A stretch of 64,000 nt of DNA from the NCBI GenBank assembly GCA_048128005.1, contig JBEUKZ010000054.1, forward strand, positions 496,001 through 560,000, read 5' to 3'. A program made the position numbers and the translations under genes. Of this stretch, positions 13,825 to 26,000 are shown piece by piece (position 1 is the stretch's first letter; every line of letters starts with the position of its first letter). The notes under the pieces are model-generated. The model was not told where the DNA came from. It did not search any database and saw only the letters and a program-made list of their open reading frames with translations. Source of the DNA: Veleropilina oligotropha. Taxonomy: Eukaryota.

Positions 13825-14004
13825 TGCTGGCATTTTACACAAGTGCAGTTAAACATTCATTAATTAATCTTATTCTTGCAAATTTATCACATTATTGGGA
13901 AGTTTAAAAGTAATTAATAAGCAATGTGATATCGGAAATCATGTTCTCCCGGGCAACGAATATAACAGCATAAAGTGATGACGTACCTAGCAATAACATA
14001 GAAA
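13825..14004. promoter_or_regulatory. putative bidirectional promoter / 5' UTRs of IQCH and AAGAB, with an RFX X-box-like motif GTTCTCCCGGGCAAC (13943-13957)
   Basis: 180 bp between divergent start codons; motif resembles GTNRCC-N(0-3)-RGYAAC. Confidence 0.65.
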
Positions 14005-14068
14005 ATGGCTGCGCCCTGTGCTTTGTTTGCTTCCTGTTCGGAGTATCATCCGCAGGAGATTATCAAAC
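14005..14068 (+). CDS. AAGAB: AAGAB exon 1 (MAAPCALFASCSEYHPQEIIK)
   Basis: AAAATGG start context; phase-1 GT donor at 14069. Confidence 0.85.
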
Positions 14069-17000
14069 GTATACATATCTTTTTGTGTTTTATTGTATGT
14101 AAACTTTCTTATTTAATCATTTGGCATATCGAGTTGGCGACATCGCGTAGATTTCAATAAGTGTATATGCATTTCAGAGGTTTTTATCTGGATGAAGTGG
14201 AATTGTGGGTTCGGGTGGAACCGAGTAATCCTAATAGAGAGGTTTAGCAACCGAAGCCAGCGGTTTCGCCCCCTGCCTGTTCGCCCCCGGCTACATGCCT
14301 TTTCGCCCCCCAATGCAATATATATTTCGTATGAAATAATAAATGTTTATATTTCTGTGTTTCTCTTTGTCAGAAATATTACTGAAGCTGAAGCCATGCT
14401 AACCCTGAAATTTTAAAAAATGTTCTAACACATGACAGCGAGAAACTAATAACTTGGTTTGATGAAAATGGGATGAAAGCAAACCCCGATAAATTTCAGG
14501 CAATAGGTATAGGTAAAAAGACACATGCTTGTATCACCTCTTTTGAAGTTAATAATACAAAAATAATTTGTGATAAAAATGTGCAGCTTTTGGGCATAAA
14601 TATAGACTTTCAACTCAAATTCGATGAGCACATTTCAAGTATATGCAGAAAGGCATCTAAACAACTATGTGTCATCAAACGAATAGGCAAATTCCTTACA
14701 AGGAAAGGTAAAATGGCCATCTTTCAAGCTTTTATTATGTCAAATTTCAACTATTGTCCACTTGTGTGGCACTTCTGCAGTCAGAGATGTAGTAGAAAGA
14801 TGGAAAAAGTACAGGAACGAGCCCTACGATTTATACATGATGATTTTACCACTCCTACTTTACGACTTTTGGAAATAAATGGGTTATCATACTTGCATAT
14901 TACCCGACTTAAACTTATGGCAAAAGAAACTTTTAAAATACTGAACAATATCTCTCCTGATTACATCTGTAACTTAGTTACTCGTAAATACTTACCATAT
15001 AATCTCAGAGATGAAAACAAGGCTCATATCCCAAATGTACATTCCACTAGATATGGACTCAAATCTTTCCGTTATAAGGCATCTCAGGTATGGAACTGTC
15101 TCCCAAATGAAATGCGAAAAGCTGAATCATATCCAGCGTTCTGCCGGATGATCCATGCCTGGGATGGCCACTTATGTGATTGCCCTTTATGTATCTAATT
15201 TTAACTCATATCGTTTAACCTACAATATTTTAACTGGATTTCTTGTCAATTAGTTGACTTTTTATTCTTTTATTCTTTGTATGTATTGTTTTAATAGTTA
15301 TTTTAATCACACGCTGCCCATGGTTTTACTCTATCGTCATTTTGTTTATATTAGTAATCTTTTATCCATGGTTATTTAACTTATACATGTACTAGGGTAT
15401 ATAAGCTGTATTATTTTGTAATATTGTGATTTATTTGATACTAATGTATATATTATATTTTATGTCTTCATTTTAATATGCTATTAATAATTGTATTTAT
15501 ATTTCTTTTATTTCTTACCTTTGATATTCTATGTAATATATTTTATCATGTCGTAATAATAGCTCTACAGAGCTAGTGTTTACTGTTGAAACAAACGACG
15601 TTAAATAAATATTCTTGTATCTTGGAATGAATAAAAGACTTCCAACTTTATAAATGCGTGCTCGATATTTTGAAATTCTCAAGGTTTTGTACTTCATTAA
15701 AGTATATGCCTCTGGTGATTCTTTGTATCATGTATAATTTTCATCATGCTGCGTCGATGTACACAATTCAATAACAAGTGTGATGTGCGATGCAAATAAG
15801 TAATGAATTTTGGGGGATGACCCTTAACTCATTTGAACGTTTCTGGTGTCACGCAAGATTACATAAAATAGGATCAAACACCCTTTGATGGGTATTCACC
15901 ATTATGTATTCTTCTTTCGCTGACATCTTTGAAAGAAAATCGTTTGTGGATCCGACTTTGTAATTAGTCCTAATACACATATGATATTAAATGGAAATAC
16001 CAAAGATAATTTTAAACATTACTTTATTTCATGAAATTTATACATGTTTCATCCAAATTGTCTAACAATTTAGACACAATTTACATTATGCGTAATAATT
16101 TACTTAACGGTCCGCATATACATTCGATCTTTGTAAAGTTTGATCAATATATATAATAAGCAATAACAACATAATAAATGTATACATTAGTTGTACATTT
16201 CACGTGATAAATAAAAATATATAATATATATGTGTGTGCGTGTGTATATATATTATAAAATCGACAGCTTTAACCATCATTTTAAGAATCTATTTCTTTG
16301 AGACTGCTGCACCAAACGTTCTGAAATGGGAAAATAAATTACTTATATTTACGGCACAATGTATAAATATGTATATTGTAGCTTAATAGTTTAATATCTT
16401 AAAAGAAAAGATAGGGGGCGAACAGTCTATATCTAGGGGGCGAACGGTCTATTTTAAAACTAGCCTGGGTGGCGAACAGGCATAATAGGGGGCGAACGGT
16501 CTATTTTCAAACTAGCCTGGGTGGCGAACAGGCATAATAGGGGGCGAACAGGCAGGGGGCGAAACCGCTGGTATTCTTAACAACTGTCCATGAATGTGTA
16601 CCTATAACGCAAAAAGGTGAAGCCATTTTGGTATTCATTGACTACCAACTACAGGTTCGCGTTAACGTATTTGGACGAATTTGCTTTAATACATGGTCAT
16701 AAAAATTAGGGTAGGTAGGTAGGTAAATATCGATTTTTCCCAAAATTAAACAACCCACTGAAGAAAATCCATGTCATATGATAATATGCAGCCATTAATC
16801 CTATTTAATAGACATGTCACACATCACAAAGCCGTCCGGAGAGAAAATAGGATGGTCATGCAGGGGCTAGATGGATTTTATTAAAAGTAAATCACTGATA
16901 AAAAGTTAGGGTAGGGCTGAAAATTTAGGTAGGGTAACAGGAACCAAGACATTTTGGGGGGCCTTAGCTACAACACAGCAACGCTTGCGCACACCGATCA

Positions 17001-20000
17001 TCGTTGTATTTTACTCCAACAACGTTAGAGCCTGCTATAGTTCCTAATCAGACTCTAACGGCTGAGCTGAAATTTCTCTCCGCAGAATATTCTAAAGGGG
17101 AAAATCAAGGCCCGTGGCAGAAAATATGAAATTTCAATAAAGTAACTACATTTTATCACGTACTTGCATCAGTATATGTTCCTTTATACCAAATTTCATC
17201 ACATGCTGCCCCAATTTTGTTACCTTAACACCGAAACAGAAGACGGTCACCATTTTGTGACGTTAGCATTTCGTTTTCATTAAAGCAACCAATCAACATC
17301 ATTTAGCCAATTATTCATATAGAGGGTGCGACCGAGGAGGAAAATACCGTCATATTAAGAAAAAAAGTTTGACGGTTAAACATTGACAAATAATGCATTT
17401 TTATATCATACATTATGACAACAAAATCACTAAAAACAAACAGGTATGTGTATATTCATGCATATTTATACAATTTAAGTATTTACTGTTTGTTTCATTG
17501 TATTTTTTATGTCTTGACCTATTTGTTAAAAAGGACAAGACATTATCAAATGGTCTGTGTATATATATATATACATTATATATATATATCCGTCGATTTA
17601 TTTGAAAACTGCCGTCTCAATTTTCACCAAAATTGGTACACACATTCCCACAAGTATTTGTAGATCGTGTGTATAACTTTTGCGACACAATATTGCAAAA
17701 TATGCATTTATTAGGCAATTTTATGCATATATATGCTGTATAACGTATGTCAAATACTTCTAGTAAATAGCAATGACGTCATTACGATGTCGCTTTAGAC
17801 GTGTCAGGTCGATTTGACTTTCCTGTAGGACGATTTGGCCGTTAATTAAATACAAGTATATGATGTGTGCTACTTATAGATAAACAAACAAATACTATAT
17901 AATATGTTGTAGGTAGGCTACTAGCACCTAGATACGAACGCAGAATAGAGAATATAATATTATACTATAATACACAACTAAAAAGTATGAAATCCGTACC
18001 CTGCAATGTCTTCTTTTTTAAACGAGTCTTTTTTTCATAACGTCTAATGTTAGCAGCTGGAACTTGTGACGTTGCTGACACCAATTCCGCGACGTCACAC
18101 ACATGTTGCTATGACGTCACTTGTTCAAAACTTCATGCAAAATATATGCATAGTACTGAATGGGTTTATATCAATTTGTCACATTATTATCATTAATATG
18201 GAACAGGTGCTACCTGGTGAGGAGCACGCAGATTATATATATACGTCGGTGAAATATATCAATGAAATGTCTTTATTGAATACCCTTACAAATCTTTGGG
18301 CCATCTTCGCATAACAATTATGCGCGAAATCGACCATGGCAAAGAATGACGGCAAATATCTCATTGGCTGAATATTGCGTGACCTATTGCATAGCCAAGA
18401 CCCGACCTTACCATATTACGAGGTTCGTCAAAGTCCGGTTCATGACGCATGATGTCAGGTCGCGTAAATCGATCGTGGCAAGATTGGACGACGCGAGATC
18501 TCGTCCTTCGATATTATCGAGATGTGCATAACCGGGAAAATGATTATATTTCCAGTTGATAACACCGGTTTTGAATTCATAGTATGTTGTCTAGTTATCT
18601 GCCCTTGAATTCGTTCTGCTGTCTTTCCGTATACAGGTTAGTGTGAGGAGCTCGCACTGCGTGCTCGCTATTATACTTCGATAATTTGGAGTTTAAATCA
18701 TCCGTTGTCCCGTAAATACATTGTTTTGCATATCTCGATGGTGCGAGATTTGGTATTCCAATATTAAAAGATCGAGTGAACCAGGCAAAGCGTTCGATAC
18801 ATGGCTGACTCGAGCGTGTGCAGTGGTCAATACATGACCATCCGGTTCAAGTTGCAAGGTATGGGTATATATTGTGGTCATGTCCCTAATCTATAGAACG
18901 ATCTTCGTTCGTTATAACTTCAGGAAAATACTAGTAATATTCTTCAGGCTACAAGTTCTACCTAGTGACAGCACGCAGATTAATTTATAGCGAGCACGCA
19001 GTGCCAGCTCTACATACTAATGTGTATACGGAAAAGATAAAAGATCGAATTCAAGCAGGTAGCTCCACAACATGCCAGGCATAGATTAAAGACCCGTGTC
19101 AACATCTGGATGTTGCAGATGTTGCGATTTTCTATTCCAGTTATGCGCATAATGATAATCTTGCAAGACGGTCCCGTTTCGTTCATTCTTTGCCATGACT
19201 GATTATGCGACCTGATGTCACTCGTTTTTTGCGACTTCGACGAAATGCGAAAGGTCACGTCGAAGCTGTCCGTGTCACGTAATTATATCTTTCATAGTTT
19301 TGTAAGCGTAATCAATAAAGACAGTTCATTTTTAGATTTCCAGATATGCATATATATATATATACATAATCTGCTGGCTCATCACTAGGCTAAGCACATG
19401 TAGCAATTTTAATTCTGTGAAGTGTGCATATTTTTGTATATCTTCTAGAGGTGTGAGGCCGCTTCGACATCTGTGTGGTGTCGGTTGTGGTCTCCGACAA
19501 ATCACTGGCAACATTCCGCTGACGCGAACAGTAGTGGGTTCAAACCTCGGCAGGGGCATCACACATTTGTTCAAGTTATGAATCACAGTTGTCCATAACA
19601 GGTCGGAGAGGGCGGGTTTCCCCTGGCGACCAGGCTTTCCTCCCTGGATAATATGGACATGTCCTTGAACCAAATGATGGTTGGAAATATACAGGACATT
19701 AAGCATCGATCCTTTCCTTTCTTCTAGAGGTATCTGAATTGCTTGCCTTTGATAATGTATCCTTTGTCTCTTCTATAGATCCTTGTGGTGTTTGAGCTGT
19801 CTGCCTCTGATCATGTATTCTGTCTCTCTTCTAGAGGTCCTTGGGGTGTCTGAGTTGCCCGCCTCTATAATGCATGCCGGTTCTCTTGTAGAGGTCATTG
19901 TGGTGTCTGAGTTGCCCACCTCTGATAATGCATGCCGGTTCTCTTCTAGAGGTCCTTGGGGTGTCTGAGTTGCCCGCCTCTATAATGCATGCCGGTTCTC

Positions 20001-23000
20001 TTGTAGAGGTCCTTGTGGTGTCTGAGTTGCCTGCCTCTGATAATGCATGCCGGTTCTCTTCTAGAGGTCCTTGGGGTGTCTGAGTTGCCCGCCTCTGATA
20101 ATGCATGCCGGTTCTCTTGTAGAGGTCCTTGGGGTGTCTGAGTTTCCCGCCTCTGATAATGCATCCCATTTCTCTTTTAGAGGTCCTTGGGGTGTCTGAG
20201 TTGCCCGCCTCTGATAATGCATCCCATTTCTCTTCTAGAGGTCCTTGGGATGTCTCGATTGCCTTTATCTGATCATGTATCCTGTGTCTCTTCTAGAGGT
20301 CCTAGGGGTGCCTTTATTGCCTTTATCCGATAATGCATCCCATTTCTCTTCTAGAGGTCCTTGGGATGTCTCTATTGCCTTTATCTGATCATGTATCCTG
20401 TATTAGTAGCAATATACTCTACGTCATTACCTATGCCATAATAGCCCTATTATCGCTAAACCGGAAACTGTGAAAAAGCGTTTCACTTTCTTTTAAACTT
20501 ACACGCTTACCCCCCCTGCTCCCCTCTCTCGCGTTCCTCCCACGAGATCTGCCCAAGTCTCGCGAGACCTCAGAGACCAAGACAGATCTGGTATCCTTTT
20601 TAAGTCTTCCGTCAGTCTGTCCGGACGTGCTTTCAGTCTAGTCCAAAAATAGACTATAATAAGTTACTTTTAAATAAGTTTCTTTCGCACAATATTGTGC
20701 CGTTCATATTCATATATGAGCTGAAGAAGCATTGTAACTGTGTGCGGAGTATTTAGGCCGAGTTAGCAAATTTAAAAGTTGTGAGATTCTGGCCACGAGG
20801 TTTTCGGCCCGCCATCTTGGATTTACTGAAGTAAAGATCTAAAGAGGGCCGCTCAGGAGGGAACGTTCTTCAAGCAGGGAAGCATTCGCATAGGCGAATC
20901 CTTTCAAAGGAAGAAGGGTTTATTTTCTAATATTGCTTGAAATTACTTGTATTTCATATATATATTAGATAATTCCTTAGCGGCGTATCTTGCTTAAATT
21001 CTTAGTAACTTTGTTCAATCGAATTTAGCGTCGCTAACAAGGCAGATATTTAGGTATTAACGTGCGTTCTTTAGCCTATCTGCCGAATCTGGGATATTTC
21101 GCCAACGCTCTAACCTATTGAAATCAACATCCACGAGGTTTTCAGGTGTTTAAAGGCGGCTGTTTCTATATATAGCCTCCTACTATCTATATATATCCGC
21201 CTGAATTCAATTTGTTAGTGTCCGACAAGCCGTTTAATAAAGCTTGTACGTCGGGCTTGGTTTATATTCTAGTCGGGTTACTTGTCTGTTCTTCGGTTGT
21301 GTACCGAAGTGTGATTCATAACAATTTAGGGTCAATATCCGGTCTTTTCCATATATACTCGGATTAGAGACCCCTATATAAGGTGTAGTAGTTTAACACG
21401 TGAAGCGTACTACCCGGATATCCCTAAGTTTCCCGGTTTCCCACTACCTTTCCTACCCGTGTAACAGCTATGGTCCGTTGCAGTGAGCCTGAGTGTAACC
21501 AAAAGATACACAGCTTCGACAAGCATTCGGTATGTCGCATACACCGTAGTTGTGCTAAGAGATACCCCTGTGCTAAATGTCTACTTTTAACGGATCGGCA
21601 GTGGGCACTTATCTACCCACCAGGGACGACGGCTACCAGGGAGTCCGTCTCTGTTGGGCTTCCCCCGGAGAAACAGACGACGGGTAAGTCAGGGCTAATT
21701 TCTGATTCGTCTGTTTCAGGGACGCGAAGCGACCAGCGAACTGGGGCATCGCAGGTTGCAGGACCCGCCGACGAAACCGCTACGGTTTTGGGGAAAACCG
21801 TGGAAACCTCGCCGGCGTCCCAGGTTCAAGACCAGGTAAGCGGAGCCCGAGTGCAGTCTCCTCGTACCACGGGCCTAGTAGCTGCGTCCAATAGTGCCAT
21901 GCCGGCTAGCATGGTACACCGGACCTTACAGCGAACAGCTGAGCAGGGCAGGCGGTCCCCTTCCTCTCTTCCGGCCTCGGAAGAGCAGGGGACGGCTAGT
22001 CCTTCTGTCACAAGCGGTATGCCGAGCGGCATACTGCTGACGGCAGAGCAAGTTGGAATAGTTGCCGGACACCACCAAGGTGGTTTAAGATCCGGACCAC
22101 CAACGACACCCGACTCACTGGCCGATGGTGCGACCGACCCTCCCCAGGGTTCGTCCTTACACCTCGGAGCTCCCAGTCTTGTCGGAGGGCCCGCCGACTC
22201 CCCTGACCCCTTTGGGCTCAGACTAGTTGGCGCGGACGGACCGGCTGCGTTCGGGATGGGTATGTACGCAGGAGCTTCCCCCGTCTACCCCCTGAACAGA
22301 GCGGCGACCCCAACGGGACTGTGGCCGCAGTCTTTCGGGAGTCGAGCTCCGGTTAACACGCCTTTTGGCCCGTTCTCCGGGAGTATCCGCTCGTCAGGTG
22401 ATGTGAGACCCTGGTTCTCATATCAATCTGGCCCAGCAGCCCGTCTACCATGCGCCACGATGTCCTCGAGCGATCCACTGGCTGTTGGATCGACGCCCGT
22501 CTTGCCTGTTGGTCTCTCTATGGAGAGCGTCCATGCAATGATTGCGGCGGAATTCGAGGCCCGCAGTAGGGCCTGGCTACCGGCTGTTCAGCCGCCCCAG
22601 GTCTCTGCTCCTCTGCTCGTGGCCCAGAGCACGGCTCCTGCCTCGGTGATGGAGGTCGACCCTCGTTCCGACGAGGACGTCCCCTCCGATCGCTCCGATC
22701 TTCTTGAATCGGTCGGTCCCGATGACTCTCGTAGTCAATCAGGCTTGCAGGAGCCGATCTCCGCCACCCGCCGAAGATACGACGCTGTCGCGTCGCTTCG
22801 CGGGGTGCTAGATCTACCCGACCCGGCCCGGCCGGTAGGTATGATCAAGCACAGGACGGCAGCACACCGTTTTGCTGAGTCGGAGGCTCCCCAGCTTCCC
22901 GTACTCCCCCAGTCTGGCTTGGTGGACCTGGTTCTGGATCAGACCACCCGGGCCATTCAGGGAGGCAAGACAGTGGAGACGTCTTCTCTCACGGAGTTCC

Positions 23001-26000
23001 CTCGGGGCCTCCGTAGAGGAAGATACCTCCGGCCCAGTACGCGATCGTTGCCGATCGCTCTTTCTGAGCCGTGCCTGGTGGCTGAGCCAGCACAGATTGA
23101 CGTAGCGATGCGTCGTCTGTCTGCCAGTCAAGCTCCCTCGGTAGCGAAGGTACCATGGGCCGCCATGGATGCCTTCGAGAGCTGTGCCCGACGAGCTCTG
23201 CGGCTGTCGTCTGTACAGGACTCGTTCCTGGACGGTGCGATAGCCGTTCTACAGGAGGACGGACCCGGCGCTCGCGAGACCGCCCTGTCTTTCCTCCACG
23301 AGGTTGCAGCCGCAACGGAGAACAACGCGTTGGAGTCCGCGCGTGTCTTAGGCAATGCGCTCCTACTTCGTAGGGACGCCTGCCTCGAGGGCACATCGTT
23401 AGACGACGCCACCCGGCGTTCTCTGCGATGTGTGCCCTTGTCGGCCCCGACTCTCTTCGGAGGCGAGTTCACCGAATTCGTCGACAAGAGAGCCGTCGAG
23501 CTGAAAGATCGTGCGATTGAGCGCGCAGTATTGACTACCCCTCGGGGTACTCAACCTGCCCCCTCAAGGAAGCGTTCGGCCCCGACTCGGGGCGCGAAAG
23601 CTTCCAAGCGTGCCAGACCTTCTCGGGGTGGGCCTCCGGCCCGGAAATCCAGCGAGAAAAAAGGCCCTCCAACTAAATCCCGTCAGAGCGGGAGAGGGAA
23701 GCCGTCACGGCCCTAGGGTTGCCGGCACTCGCGACGTGCTCAGCTGCGCGCTCCCGCCGGTGGGAGCGTGCCTGTTAGGCTACAGCCAGACGTGGCTAGA
23801 GTTAACAGACAGCAGCTGGGTCCACTCAGTCGTGAGTGCTGGATACAAGTTGAGTTTCAACCGGCATCCAACCCTATCCGTGACACCACCACCAAGACAC
23901 GCTCGCCTCCTTCAAGGAGAGAAGCAAGCGGTCTTAGACCAGGCAGTGCGGGACTTACTCCTAAAAGGAGCCATCTATCCCGCGCCGCCCAGCACACCAG
24001 GATTTTACAGCCATTTCTTCCTGGTCCCGAAACCCGATGGCCGCTGGAGACCGATCCTCGATCTCTCGCACCTCAACCGCTATTTGCGTACCGAGAAGTT
24101 CCAGCAAGATACACTCTCGAAGATACGAGCGGCCATCCGTCTGGGCAGCGTCTATCGACCTGACAGATGCGTACTTACACGTTCCGATGCATGCCTCGGC
24201 TCATCAGTACCTCAGGTTTATACACGGGGAGACGATCTACCAATTCAGGTGCCTACCGTTCGGTCTATCGTCAGCCCCCTACGTCTTCACGCGGGTAGTA
24301 CAGGCCCTCGGGGCCTTCCTACACTCGCTAGGGCACAGAGTACACATGTACCTCGACGACTGGTTGATTCTCGGGGCGTCCCGGGATCAGTGCCTCCAGT
24401 CTATGAGCGTTACCCTGTCATCGGCGAAGCGCCTAGGATTACAGATCAACAACGAGAAATCCTGCTTCGTGCCCTCGACGACGTTTACGTTCCTCGGGGT
24501 CGTCTTCGACACGGTCCGGTACACCGCGAAGCCGACCGAGAAACGTATCGTGAACCTACGCGCAGTTATCCAGGACACAAGGTCATCGGGGATAGCCACG
24601 GCGCGACAACTGGCCACTGTCCTGGGGCACATCGAGTCGGTAGCGCCCCTGCTACCGACAGGACGAATGGACAAACGACCGTTACAGCAGGCCTTCAGGG
24701 ACCGCTGGGTGCAACGGACGGGACAGTGGACGGATCGTATAGATCTTCGGCATTGGTTCAATCACTCATCAGCAGTGTGGCTGAACCCTGCATTGCCGAG
24801 CCAGTCGGTTCCCATTTCCCCGCCAGAACCGAACGCCTTCCTATACACGGACGCTTCGAACGAGGGCTGGGGAGGTCACCTCGACAGTTACGAGACATCG
24901 GGCCTTTGGCCGACGGACCTGCAGGGACGACACATAAACTATCTAGAACTAGAAGCGGTCTACCTGACAGTACGGTCCTTCTCGTCACATCTCCGCAACA
25001 AGCACATACTGCTCGCCACGGACAACACGACTGTCGTCGCATACGTTCAACACCAGGGCGGCACTCGCTCGCGTCCCCTATGCGACCGAGCAATCGACCT
25101 ACACCGCTTAGTGATGTCCCTCAACTCGACCATACGAGCACGACACATCCCGGGAATATTGAACATCCGAGCGGACTCGCTCTCTCGGAAATCGCAGATA
25201 ATACACACAGAGTGGACGCTACACAGCCGTGTAGCTCGGGAGGTTTGTCGCCGGTGGTCTCAACCCCAAGTCGATCTGTTTGCAACAGAGTTCAATCACT
25301 GACTCCCTCTGTATGTCTCCCCGTACCCGGACCCGGCCGCCCTAGCGGTCGACGCGCTGTCAATGCCATGGGAGAATCTGATCGCGTACGCCTTCCCCCC
25401 GTCGTCCATATTACGACTTGTACTACAGAAGGCAGCGCGAGACCGCTGCGAGATAACGCTAATAGCGCCTCTAAATCGCACGCAGTCTTGGTTTCCGACT
25501 CTTCTCGATCTAATCGTCGATCGACCGCTTGCGCTACCGCAGAGGCCGGACCTGCTAATGCAACCGCGCTCACGGGTGTTACACCCGTCGTCGAACGAAC
25601 TTCGTTTACACGCATGGCGGTTATCGAACGATCGCTTGTTGAGAAAGGATTTTCTCGCGCTACAGCCCTCCGCATTTACCGATCGCGAAGACAATCTACA
25701 TCTAAAGTCTATGACTACCGATGGGTCAAATATGTGGATTGGTGTCACAGGCGGGAAGTTAATATACTCCGTCCCCCTGTGAACAAATTTATCGAGTTCA
25801 TTACGTCGTTATTCGAACGAGGACTTTCTGTCTCTGCCGTCAAAGGTTATCGGGCCTCGATCTCGACTACACTCAAGCAATGTCGTTCCCGAATTGACTT
25901 ATCGTCAGACCGTACTATTTCAGATTTAATCAGGTCCTACGAACTCGAACGACCGATTTCTCTGGCGCGGCCGCCAGCATGGAATATCATCCTTATCCTT

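Noticed and set aside
16690..16965. TTAGGG-containing motifs as telomeric repeats
   Set aside because: Isolated TAGGGTAGG motifs, not a tandem TTAGGG tract; probably a TE end
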